Made by a program: the position numbers and the translations under genes. Below, piece by piece: positions 48,101-59,985 of a DNA stretch of 64,000 bases (positions are counted from its first letter, which is position 1; each line of letters begins with the position of its first letter). The notes beneath the pieces are model-generated. The model was not told the origin of the DNA. It saw only the letters and a program-made list of their open reading frames with translations, and did no database searches. This stretch comes from Mytilus trossulus (Eukaryota): contig NC_086374.1 in the NCBI RefSeq assembly GCF_036588685.1, forward strand, positions 2,046,001 to 2,110,000, given 5' to 3'.

Positions 48101-51100
48101 GCTGTTAATCCCTCGGTTATTTCAACGTAAGATCCATATAATCTGTTGATATTTGCATGTTCAATACTATAGTAATTCACAAATAGTTTTTTTTTTTTTT
48201 ATATTTGCATGTTTAATACTATAGTATTCACAAATAGTTTATTTTTTATATTTGCATGTTCAATACTATAGTAATTCACAATTATTTTTTTATATTTGCA
48301 TGTTCAATATTATATAAATTCACAAAAAGCTTTTTAAACAGAAAACTAACGATAATATATTTGATAGAGCGCACAAAATATTATCATTTTTTGTATTTAA
48401 ATGATAATGTATGTGTACTCCGTCAATCAGATGGAAATGACAAGATAAAAATACAAAGACTGTTACACCAAACAGTACCTGCCTGATACACCTGGGGAAA
48501 TATGAATAAAAGGAAATGTTGAAAAGTTGCGCCAAATACCGCTAAGGTAATGTATTCCTGGAATAATGAAACCGTAATAAAATGATATAATAAATAATAT
48601 AATATGAAAATAAATATGAAAACTGTTCCTTTGAGTTTTTTTTTTCTTACGTAAGTTGAGAAAAATGCTAAAACTTACTTTGCAAACGCCTTTTCCAGAA
48701 GAGCAACCCACATCTCATTTGGATCGGTTGCTGAATGCGCCCCAGCTATATTTGTTTCCTGCACAATTGGTAGGAAGTCGTCTATATAGGTATCATTCCA
48801 AACACCAAATCTCCAGAACCGACAGTGAAAAATCCCGTCATAACCATCCGAACCTATTTTGTAAGCATCTCTCGGTATTACCTGTAATTGAAAAGGAGAA
48901 ATTTGTTTCATGGATACCCTCTTGTTGTAAAAATGATTTAAGATTATTAGAATTGCTATGGTGATTCTTTATTGGTGTAGACGATAACGATTGAGCGTAA
49001 ACATCATATCATATGTTTTGATTCAAAAGAGGGATGAAAGATACCAAAGGGACACGGACAGTCAAACTAATAAATCGAAAATAAACTGATAACTAGACGC
49101 TCTCAAGAGCCTGTGTCGCTCACCTTGGTTTATGTGCATATTAAACAATGGACACAGATAAATTCATACCAAAATTGTGTTTTGATGATGGTGATGTGTT
49201 TGTAGATCTTACTTGACTGAACATTCTTGTTGCTACAATTATCTCTATTTATAATGAACTTGGCCCAGTAATTGCAGTGGAAAATATTTTCAAAAATTCT
49301 ACCAAAATTTATGAAAAATGTTAAAAATTGACTATAAAGGGCAATAACTCCTAAGGGGTCAACTGACCATATTGGTGGTGTTGACTTATTTGTAAATCTC
49401 ACTTTGCTGAACATTATTGCTCTTTACAGTTTATCTCTATCTATAATAATATTCAAGATAATAACCAAAAACAACAAAATTTCCTAAAAACTACCAATTC
49501 AGGGGCAGCAATCCAACAACGAGGATTCCAATTCATCTCAAAATTTCAGGGCAGATAGATTTTGATCTGATTAACAATTTTACTTGGTGTCAGATTTGCT
49601 TTAAATGCTTTGGTTTTTGAGTTATAAGCCAAAAACTACATTTTACCGCTATGTTCAATTTTTAGCCGTGGCGGCCATTTTGGTTGGTTGACCTGGTCAC
49701 GTCACACATTTTTTAAATTAAATACCCAAATGATGATTGTGGCCAAGTTTGGTTTAATTTGGCCACGTAGTTTAAGAGAAGATTTTTGTAAAAGATTACT
49801 AAGATTTACGAAAAATTGTTAAAAATTGACTATAAAGGGCAATAACTCCTAAAGGGGTCATCTGACCATTTCAGTCATTTGACTTATTTGTTAATCTAAC
49901 TTTGCTGAACATTATTGCTGTTTACAGTTTATCTCTATCTATAATAATATTCAAGATAATAACCAAAAACAGCAAAATTTCCTTAAAATTACAAATTCAG
50001 GGACAGCAACCCAACAACGGGTTGTCCGATTCATCTGATAATTTGAGGGCAGATGGATCTTGCCCTGATGAACAATTTTACCCCCATGTCAGAATGGCTC
50101 TAAATGCTTTGGTTTTTGAGTAATAAGCCAAAAACTACATTTTACCCCTAAGTTCTATTTTGAGCCGTGGCGGCCGTCTTGGTTGGTTGACCGGGTCATT
50201 GGACACATTTTTAAACAAGATACCCCAATGATGATTGTTGCCAAGTTTGGTTAAAGGCCTAGTAGTTTCAGAGGAGAAGATGTTTGTAAAAGATTACTAA
50301 GGTTTACGAAAAATGTTTAAAAATTGACTATAAAGGGCAATAACTCCTAAAGGGGTCAACTGACCATTTCGGTCATGTTTACTTTCTTGTAAATCTTACT
50401 TTGCTGAACATTATTGCTGTTTACAGTTTATTTCTATCCATAATTATATTCAAGATAATAACCAAAAACAGCAAAATTTCCTTAAAATTACCAACTCAGG
50501 GGCAGCAACCCAACAACGGGCTGTCCGATTCATCTGAAAATTTCAGGGCAGATAGAGCTTGACCTGATGAACAATTCGACCCTGTCAGATTTGCCCTTGA
50601 TGCTTTGATTTTTGAGTTATAAGCCGAAAACTGCATTTTACCCCTATGTTCTATTTTTAGCCGTGGTGGCCATCTTGGTTGGTTGACCTGGTCATTGGAC
50701 ATATTATTTAAACTAGATACCCGAATGATGATTGTGTCTAAGTTTGGTTAAATTTGGCTCAGTAGTTTCAGAGGAGAAGAATTTTGGATAAATTAACAAC
50801 GACGGACGACGACGGACGACGGACAACGACGGTGGACGCCGGACGCAAAGTGATGGGAAAAGCTCACTTGGCCCTTTGGGTCAGGTGAGCTCAAAATGAA
50901 ATAGACAAACAGACAAACAATAGCGCACATGACACAACAAAGAAAACTAAAGAAAAGAAACACGAACCCCACCAAAAAATAGGGGTGACCTCAGGTGCTC
51001 CGGAAGGGTAAGCAGCTCCTGATCCATATGTGGCATCTGTTGTGTTGCTCATGTTATAACAAATCCGGTAAAAAGTCTAATTCGGTAGGTGATATTCATA

Positions 51101-54100
51101 AAAGGGAAGGGTATTGTAGTTACGACGTAAGGAACATATCCGATATCATTTGTGAAACGGTTATTCCATAACGGTCAACCAACTCGTGATGGCGTCCATA
51201 AAATTTACGAAGGGATGATTTCAATTTCACCATTAGGAACTCTTGATTTAATATCTTCCTTGTGAGTAGCAACCCTCTATCAAGGAAATCATGTATACAA
51301 TCCTTTAATGGTGTATAATTTTCTTGCTTATCAACGTAACTTGAAGAAAGTATAAGCATACTCATTCTATAACGTTCATCTTGAGAATAAAACAACTAAA
51401 ATTATAACCTCAAAAGTTGTTTGGACGCCATCATGAACGGTTTGATTCTTATCGTTTTCATTTCCTAGACATATTAACGCACACATGCCATGTATTTGGT
51501 AAATGTCCATTTGTCAACATCCAGACTAAGCAAAGAGTATTTAATCTGACTGTATTACTATTTGTGCATGAATTCAAGAATAAAATGACACATTTGGTCT
51601 CTCACCGTTCAGATTTCTAACTGGGTTCTAACTAAAATTAATATAATCGACTAAAAATAAGTATATTCACCATGAATAAATAATACCAGTATCGATTCGC
51701 TGGTTGTTATTTGGTACATTCGGGACCTATATAAATCAGGTGTTTTCTTGAGTTATAAATGTTGTTAAAATACTAATTGCTTTAAATTGTACGTCAAAAT
51801 TGCACACAAAGGACAACTTAAACCGTATACAGTCAAAATGTTTTATTCTATAGTGATTCAGTTTATAACACAATATTGACTGCTGTACCACTAATTTTGA
51901 GATGGTTACCAATGATATGTGATTGTTTTGTTCACAAATCGTTGTCAATATAACGGAATATGATGAAAATGATATACAAGTGAGAGGTTTAGCTAGCTAT
52001 AAAACCAGGTTAAATCCATCATTTTATACATAAGAAAATAACTGTAAAAAATAACGGCAACAGTAGTATACTGCTGTTCGAAACTCATAAATCGATTGAG
52101 AAAAAAACAAATCCGGGTTACAAACTACAACTGAGGGAAATCCATCAAATATAAGAGAACAACGACACAACAGAAACACAACATTAAAATGAAACACACA
52201 GAGAAACGAAATATAAAATACCAATAACCATTTTCCTGACTTGGTACAGGACATTATAGGATAAAAATTGAACCAGGTTTTGTGGCACCCCAAACCTCCC
52301 GTTATTATGGCAATGTTAAATATAACATTACAATGACAACATCATATGATAGGACTATAATACAAATAAATGGGATAACATATAGAACAGCGAAACACAC
52401 GAATGATAGCTAACAAAACGTGTCAGGTTTAAAATTTAATTTTACTCAGGTTTCGTTCACACAATACTAGCCAGTGACGCTCTGATAAAAAAAAATTGCG
52501 AAAGCCAAGTCAGGAATAGGATAGTTGTTATCCATTCGTTAGATATGCTTAAGCTTTTGAGTTTGCCATTTGATTAGGGAGTTTCCGTTTTGAATTTTCA
52601 TCGCAGGTCAGTATTTTTGTGATTTTACTTTTTGTTAAATATATATTCGTGATTTATGAACTGACGTATAACAGACAACATTTTTCATTCAAGGCGTACT
52701 AAAAAGTTACGATATTGAAACTTTAGATAATGCAGGTCGATGATCAACAAACAGCGATACCGCACCGATAGTAGTGGAAATGTAATTTATAATACCAATT
52801 TCTGTACATTCACTCAATACGGTTTCTTTTTTAAATCTACTTTGGTACACTTAAGAACTTTTTATATTTCTCTATTAACGTAGTCGGGTTCGATTTTTTT
52901 TTGTAGTTGAAATCTTTCGGTTACGATTATGATTTCTTACCCTTCGTAGCAATTTTGGTTTGTCTGCAATGTTGGCTACCATAGCCATAAACCAACAAGT
53001 GCCTACTTCACCTTGTCCAATGTCAAATCTAGTTGCTCCATCTGAAAATAGAACAGGGTTTTCTGCGACATCCTGTAAAAATAAGGTTTCAATTTATTTT
53101 ACTTTTTGACACTTTCAAGTTCTGTTCTGATGCAGATCTTTTGATTAAGTCGCAATTTCTAATGATATTTTTTACAAAGCCGAAATGGTGGCTTTCTATT
53201 TTGTGTTGGAGTTTCTCACTGTTCGCCTAGAGCACTCAATATCGATTAACTTAAAGGCTTCTTCAAATTTTGAAGGCCATACGGTGACCTAAAACTGTTA
53301 ATTTCTGTTTTAGTTTGTCTCTTGTAGAGAGTTGTGTCAGTGTCAATCATACCACATCTTCTTTTTTGTAAAAAATTTACTGTGTTGTGTTACATTAACT
53401 AAGGGACTTTCCGTTTAGAATTGACCTAAAAAGTGAAATCACAAAAATACTGAACTCCGAGTAAAATTCAAAACAGAAAGTTTCTAATCAAATGACACAA
53501 TTAAAAGCTCAGATACATCAAACGAATGGACAATTCATTATTGTAATTGAATCCATGTATTTTCACATTTTAATTACTTAAGTTCAGCAACAAAACGGTT
53601 GTGGTGCGTTACTATATATACATATGTTGGTATAACTATGTCAAAGATAGTAATGGAATATGTTTATAATAGATACGAACCATAGGTCTTTTCCATTCCA
53701 AATCTGATCTATTAGGAAAAGCAACATCTACGGTGAATTCGTAATCAGTATACAGATCTCCGTCAGGATGAGGAGGGGCATGTGAGGGAAAATCTGTAGA
53801 CGATGTTCGAAAATCTAAGAACAATTCATGTGTTCCAATGTCTGTTGGTATATACTTGGCTACCGTGAAGTCTAGCCGTCGAGGCAACATTTTATTTTCA
53901 GTATTGTTAATGTCAATCCTTCTTTTGGCATCACTGCTTTTAACTCCATTTGTGACATTTTTATCGCCACTATTGTGTTTGGCGGCCACGATTGGCACAG
54001 ATGCTGATTTATTCTTAAAGAAATGTACATTTAGTTAGTACAATAAAATAGAGTACATCTTTTTGACCTTACGTTTTAAACAGTTTTTAGATATAAAGGA

Positions 54101-55393
54101 AGAAATAGGGTTTATGTCAGTGAATAATATCGTCTTTAATGTGGCGTCAGTACAGATAGAATGAATCATTATCAAAACTGCAAAAAGTAAAGTTTAACAT
54201 GTCTCTTGAATGATCTAATATTGAAATTGTGGATTATAGAGTTTTAAAAAAATATGAAGATAATCTGTTTTACTCGTGAGATCAATATCTGGCCAAAAAA
54301 AGGAGTTATTCTACTCGGATTTTCCTTATCTGCTCTCTCAGAGAGTTGTAATCTACTCCAAGACATGATAACCTCACCGGAAGCATTCTGCTTTTGCTTA
54401 TTTGTTTTATTTGTTTTTATTTTTGTTCTTCTTCTTGGTACTATAATGTTCAACTACGTTAAGTTAACTACTATACAAGCAACTATCAAGACTGTAAAGA
54501 AAAAATGTTCACAAGGCTCTAAATGTTAAATGCTTTGGGAATGATTTTAAACTTTTAATCCATGCTTCAAATGGTTAACAAATACTATTTTCGTACAACC
54601 AACACTCAATATCAAATCCTAATAACTATTCGGGGACAAGCATGGGGTGGATATATTATTTACTTTTTTTGCACTGGGACATTACATTTAATTTGTGTAA
54701 CAACAGCTCAACAGACTATAAATAAAAGGACAATATAGCAGATAAAAACGTTATATGTCTCAATCCCAACTGTTAAAACACAGATTGTAATTTATAATGC
54801 ACGCACTAAAACTTTTAGAAAAAGAATAGATTGAATATTTTGCAAATCTTATTCCATATATTATTGTATCATCATTCGTGATATCACACACAACACAGAC
54901 TTTCATTTCTGTTTCTTAAAACATAAGGCGGTCAAGCAAAAAGCTAAGCGAAACGAGCAAAACTTCAACAACTGAAAAACCTAATCGTATTTTATTATTA
55001 AAAAAAACCAAAAGTATGAATCACTGACAATTTATTTTGAATATATTTTATACAATGTAGTTGATGTAAACTTGTTTATAATAATATGCTTCTATTTTGT
55101 ATCGTAATATTATATGAAAGAAATTATAGCTAAAAAAGAAAGAGCTAACGTTAATACATAGAGGAACAACAACTAAAATGAATAAAGAAAAAGCAGATAC
55201 TTTGACCTTTTTTATTTACCTCATTTAGTGTTGGTAATTTGTTTAGTAAAGGTTGTTGTTCTTGTTGTGTGTTCTGTTTGGAATGCGTTTGTGGATGGCT
55301 ACATGTGTCTAGTTCACTCCTAAAATATTGCTGTCCATGATGTTCAAATGATGCATGCTGAGTTCCACTATCAGAAGAGGCAGCACAACCCAT
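36118..55393 (-). CDS. Atypical calpain (about 744 aa): MGC N-terminus, CysPc, two CBSW/C2L domains. Exons 55393-55220, 54013-53681, 53072-52941, 48881-48679, 48142-47962, 46954-46889, 45127-45054, 44490-44327, 43702-43601, 42727-42627, 41953-41754, 39729-39656, 38101-37991, 37398-37325, 37020-36791, 36133-36118
   Basis: Sixteen GT-AG exons with consistent phases sum to 2235 nt; motifs [15 protein letters not shown] (Cys), [13 protein letters not shown] (His), RNPWG (Asn), DDGEFYM. Confidence 0.9.
38988..39516 (-). mobile_element. 5'-truncated L2-clade LINE with tataac target-site duplication
   Basis: Encodes LHWLPIKAR...APSYL...RSLRSS...DRSFS; (catgttt) tail; tataac at 38982-38987 and 39517-39522; empty site in the paralog at 63065-63070. 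Confidence 0.85.
40301..40347 (-). ncRNA. Minimal type I hammerhead ribozyme with canonical core, in a retrozyme-like repeat
   Basis: Minus RNA GCGUCA-CUGAUGA-GUCU UAUGU AGAC-GAAAC GCGC GUC/UGGCGU: all conserved core bases, 6-bp stem I, 4-bp stem II, short palindromic stem III. Confidence 0.85.
40361..40453. mobile_element. 93-bp perfect fold-back MITE with 8-bp TSD
   Basis: 44-bp perfect arms, 5-nt loop; ttataaag at 40353-40360 and 40454-40461. Confidence 0.92.
40855..41400 (+). repeat. Degenerate minisatellite of about 45-50 bp
   Basis: ggagaa(a/g)agccaca...ttat motif recurs at about 40860, 40903, 40950, 41004, 41047, 41093, 41143 and 41190. Confidence 0.65.
42751..43136 (-). mobile_element. 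Retrozyme-like unit: about 313-bp monomer bounded by two tandem hammerhead motifs (42785-42832 degenerate; 43098-43136 core intact)
   Basis: Direct repeat aatagt(t/a)atcaaaa(g/t)taccaggattataatttag at 42751 and 43064, each followed by the reverse complement of the hammerhead. Confidence 0.78.
43300..43500 (+). mobile_element. Retrozyme-family fragment, plus strand, hammerhead core mutated (CUAAUGA)
   Basis: gagcgtcactaatgag...agacgaaacgcgcgtctggcgta at 43418-43465. Confidence 0.7.
45356..46561. mobile_element. Non-autonomous DNA transposon with about 75-bp imperfect TIRs starting TAGACC (Academ-like termini)
   Basis: tagaccttttcaacatctctcgacacc...gggtcgtctcaaa is mirrored at 46488-46561; flanks ctag/atag. 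Confidence 0.65.
45991..46373. mobile_element. MITE with TATGG termini and near 6-bp TSD (IS3EU-like), nested in the element above
   Basis: tatggtggacggatgcgg / ccgcatccggccaccata; flanks catatg and catata; internal inverted arrays of aaatcgaga. Confidence 0.7.
48148..48330 (+). repeat. About 50-bp tandem repeat (4 copies) abutting a calpain splice acceptor
   Basis: atatttgcatgttcaatactatagtaattcacaa repeated directly upstream (minus sense) of the acceptor at 48143-48144. Confidence 0.8.
49091..50896 (-). mobile_element. Full-length Helentron-type element with three internal 498-bp tandem repeats
   Basis: Same termini as 22336-23039; gactataaagggcaataactcct at 49330, 49828 and 50326. Confidence 0.8.
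50950..51300 (-). mobile_element. Penelope-like retroelement 3' fragment
   Basis: [17 protein letters not shown]...[19 protein letters not shown] resembles the C-terminal region of PLE RTs (recognised from memory, not searched). Confidence 0.65.
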
Positions 55394-58087
55394 AATGATT
55401 CCCTTATATAATTTTTCTAAAAACAGATAAAACAATTCCTGATTACTTCATTTGAATATTATTGACATTGAACGATTTGAAGGGATTACCGATAATTAAT
55501 ATTACACATTGAAATATGGTTTTTGGAGGTCGACAAATTAAGAATATGAAGTAAGTTAAATACATGAAAAAGACAAATATATTATTTCTGCTTCACATAC
55601 AAGAAAATTAGTACATTTTAATAGTTGGCAGAAGGGAAGTCATAAACAAAATAATGCTACCGATTGATTGATTAATGTTTAGTCTACGTCTAATGTCGCA
55701 TAGTTCATGCTTGTTCATCACGAGACATGTTTTGATAGAAAATGAACTTCACAATGAAGGATAAGGACTTTTTTTAGGGAACCCTTTATCAATTAGATTG
55801 GCTGAAATTCAGGGTTGAAGGTAGAAACAATAGACAAAGAAATCGAGTTCAAAACAATAATCTTTATAAAGCCTACTATTTGTTTTCGAAGTAAGAAAAC
55901 AAAATCCTAATTTAACGATATTTGTATTGAAATATATATTCTGCAAACATAATGGTTCAGGATATTTTGACATAAAAGTAAACCAAGTAGACATCACATC
56001 AACTTAACAGATACATTGGACCAAAATTAACTATACTCATTCAACATGCAGTGGAAGACAGATACACACGACATAACACATAAAACAGCTTTGGGTGTGA
56101 TGGATTCTTTAGTAGAAGGAGTACACACGATGTATTCATAATTTCTACTGATCTACAGAGGAAAAATTAAAAAAAAAACAACCTATAAAACAATACAAAT
56201 TGAAGTTCTCCAAAAGAGTCATTCCTTCTGTTATTTATATATAGAATTGAAGTTCTCGAAAGCAGGCGTTCATTCCGTGATTTCTATATTTTACAGACTG
56301 ATAGCAATCTCAAAGTAGTTTTCATTAACAATGAAATCATTATATTATTGTCAATTACGTCTGTAACCAATACCTTGATTACTGTCAAACATCCGGTACG
56401 TATCAACTTATGATTACAAAATCCTGTCAGGAGTTATTAAGGGGTTTAATTGGTAACTATCGCTCTTACTTTTACTTTAAAAAAAATAATAGTGGCAATA
56501 TTGATAAGGGCACCAAATAAGACTTAAAAGCTTTCTTGTCAAATTCTATTTATTTATTTATGAACTGTTTTTCCTAAACGAAGGTCCCACAGTTGTCGAC
56601 AGGGGAAACACTTTTCGACAATCGTATGTTTTATTCGTCGAAATTAAGTGTTTATCTTGTTTCCTATCCAGGATCGATTCTGGCTGACGTGTCCCTTATA
56701 TGTTCTTTATTTACTCTGACCCTTTCAAAGAGAACGTCTTCGATTTGACTTACATAATTTTCTTTGCACGTTGTGCATGCTGGGCAATATATAAGACCGC
56801 ATGGTGTATAGTTCATTCGTGCATCCACACGTTTTTTTTAATGTTTAAATGTAACAAATTCCCCTTCGTCAATATATTTGCCTCTCCCACATGGACAATC
56901 TTTGCATTTGTCTACCTCTACATTGCAGTAAATTGTCATTCATAAAAGGTTTAATGGACATTAAGTTCTTTCTCAAAAGCTAAATAAGGATACTTCATTT
57001 GGAAATTCAAAGGAAAGCTTAAAGAAAAGTAATTTTTAAATGCTGCTTTCGCGACGTTTAAACCAAATTGGTTCTTGCTTATCACACATTCTAACACAAC
57101 ATCGTTTTAACGTTTAATTTTGATTGGATAACTGCACAAATTATCTTGGCATTACTTCGAAATTTATGCTATGACCTACGCATAAGCGCAGACGACGTAT
57201 GTCAGATTTTAACTGTATGTTTGACGTTGTTTTGTGTCAGTTTCATTAGAATGGAGATAACAGTATTGTATTTCACGCTTATTCGTAAACTTAATTTGTG
57301 ATCATCAAGTCACCAATTGATGCCGTCGGGTCTTAAAATACAATACATTTATTTGCTAAGTAACGTACATAAATAGTATGAAGAGCCGATGTGACGAATG
57401 AAAGCGCAAACAGTTATTACCATGTACTTTTATATTTTTTTCCGTTATCTCAATTCCAAATATATAAAACTATACTCAAACAAATTATAAAATATTTAAT
57501 AGAATAACGATACTAAGCAAGCTATACTGATATCCATACATACATTATATATATTCCTGCATTATGTTGTTTTTGAAGAGTGACTGTCCTTATATCCAAT
57601 TAGACAAATAAAAAAGAATAGCTTTCTGTCAATAAACGAATTGACTATGAACTATTTTCATATACTACTAAGCAATTCCTCAAGGTTTGTCAATAAAAGA
57701 TATTTTCTATTACTTGTTAATTTTAAACTTTGTTAAGAAATTTAACTGGTATTTAAGGACAGAATCGAAAAACGGTCAATCATTGAGTTCTTCAATATAA
57801 CTCTGACATTGACACTCATGATTTCTTTACTCTGAAAATAAATAAAGATCATGTTTCTGTTAAGATCCGGTATATATGATATATCCGTATATTAAACAAC
57901 AGATAAATACACAAAAGCAAACCAATACTTTAGAATTACATAACATACATGACTTGTTTTGTAAGAATTCGTACTTCAACAAGCGATGCATTATATTATT
58001 AGATTGTATTTTAAAATATGATTCAACATACATGACAGGATTTTCTTCCGTGTCAATGTCAAAACAATGCATTGGGGAAATGACAAA

Positions 58088-58340
58088 ATAGTTATCAAAG
58101 GAACCAGGCTTACAATTTGATACGCCTTACGTGCGTTTGGTCTACAGAAGACTCATCAGTGACGCTCAGATCAAAACAGTTCGAAAGCAAATCAAATATA
58201 AAGTTGAAGAGCATTGAGGACTCAAATTTCCAAAAATGTTTTGTTCAAATACGGCTTTTTTTAAGGTAATCTATGCCTGAGATAGGAAAACCCTAAGTAT
58301 TTTAAATAAGTCATACTTTTGAAAACAGTTAATTTAGAAA
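58088..58340 (-). mobile_element. Retrozyme-family fragment with inactivated hammerhead (GAAA to CAAA)
   Basis: Family sequence with the motif at 58121-58168. Confidence 0.68.
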
Positions 58341-58829
58341 ACAAAATCATATAATTGATGTATAGGTCTTTCGTAAGTTGTTTTTCGTGTGTTTGTCTAT
58401 GCATTGTTGTTGCAAACTGGTTTATAATGAAGTACGGAATACAAAATGTGCGACGGTTAACGCTTTTACACCCAAATAAAATTAGAAAAAGAAGCATTCA
58501 GGTCCTAAATAATTACAGATTAAAAATGCTCGAATTTCAGTAAAGTTCGTGCCTTCAATTTCGATTTGTTGAAATCAAGCTTAGCGTGCGTAGCATACTG
58601 GCATAACTATCATGTTGTCGTTCACTCTTATATCATAAGATATAAATAACAGAAGATAAAATGGCAAGAAACAATTAAACTTTTCCGGAATTCTAAACGT
58701 ATTACTTTTACACAATTTTAATTCGTGTATTCATTTTTGATTATAGTCATAAACGAAATTCTACATAAGAAAAAAAGCAATAAAAGAACGACATCATAGT
58801 AAACTAAATAATCAAAAAAAGATCTCATG

Positions 58830-59360
58830 TTTCTGGTTGATAGGCAGATCCTACTCCACATGTGACACTCTTGGGTTTGCTCAGTCTAACTCGGTATTTC
58901 ATTCGTGGAAAGAAAACGTGAGTGTGGTTTCGACATTTGGAACATATGAATCATCATCTGTCAAACAGATATTCCGTAACGTTCAATCAACTCGTGATGG
59001 GGTCTTGTATATTTTTGAAAGGATGATTTCAACCACACCGTTTTGAAATATTGTGTTAATAGCTTCATCGTAAGCAGCAATCCTGTATCAAGGAAATCAT
59101 GATAGGAAATGCCCTATAACATCGAATCAACAGGAAATATATACTCCATATGCATGCGATAGTGGAACATTGCTATATAACAATGAATAATTACAATTGG
59201 CATGCTGAAATAATCTCTTTTGTCGGAAAGTTTTGTTCTAAATCGGACCTCGTTGTCAATTTCACGATGTAGGTCAATACATCCGGCTGATTTATCTGTA
59301 TCTGTTGTATTATATCAAGATATATTGGATATATGCGTTCAACGTAGTCACCGAAATATC
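58830..59360 (-). mobile_element. Decayed Penelope-like RT fragment
   Basis: FGDYVERIYP... remnant; DNA homologous to 51120-51300. Confidence 0.6.
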
Positions 59361-59985
59361 CATTGTATAGTGAGAAGATATTATCTTTAGAGCGGAACAT
59401 GATTTTTTTTTCTAGTAGTAATTTTTTACTTAATAAGTTGATGTTATACAGTTTTTTGGTGCATTTACGTAACATTTTACCATCTAGTTGCTTGATTATT
59501 AAAAGAAAACAAATTCTTTATATCATGGTAGATTGTGGTGTACATGTAACATATAAATAAATAAAGTGTGTTGTCAAAAAAATATATAGCAAAAACAAAA
59601 AGCAATAACATAGAAATGGCCACTTTAATATTCGAACAAATAACATGTAAAAAAAAAGTCACATATAAGTCAACTATGAAATACTAGACTTTTTTAGTTC
59701 ATAAATTGTCGTATAAAAATCTATGATAGCTGGAAACCACAACCGGATACAAAATGCATATTTTACATTCAAACAATATCATGTGGTAATTGTAAATCTA
59801 AATTATAAAAAGAGGCAACCTGGTTATCAATCTGTTTTTGGTGATGATACCACTGTATGAGAACAGGAAGACAGTTTCTTTGTTCTATTTTATTATGCAT
59901 GTCTATAAAGTTCCTATTTCCACGTTCCACAATATCCCTTCATTTCAGTATTTATCTCAGAATTTAGATATATTTGTTTAAACAT

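Noticed and set aside
54244-54529. Possible extra calpain exon (ORFs 54244-54453 and 54254-54529)
   Set aside because: The flanking exons already join in frame and I found no convincing phase-compatible acceptor/donor pair; an alternative exon cannot be excluded without RNA data.
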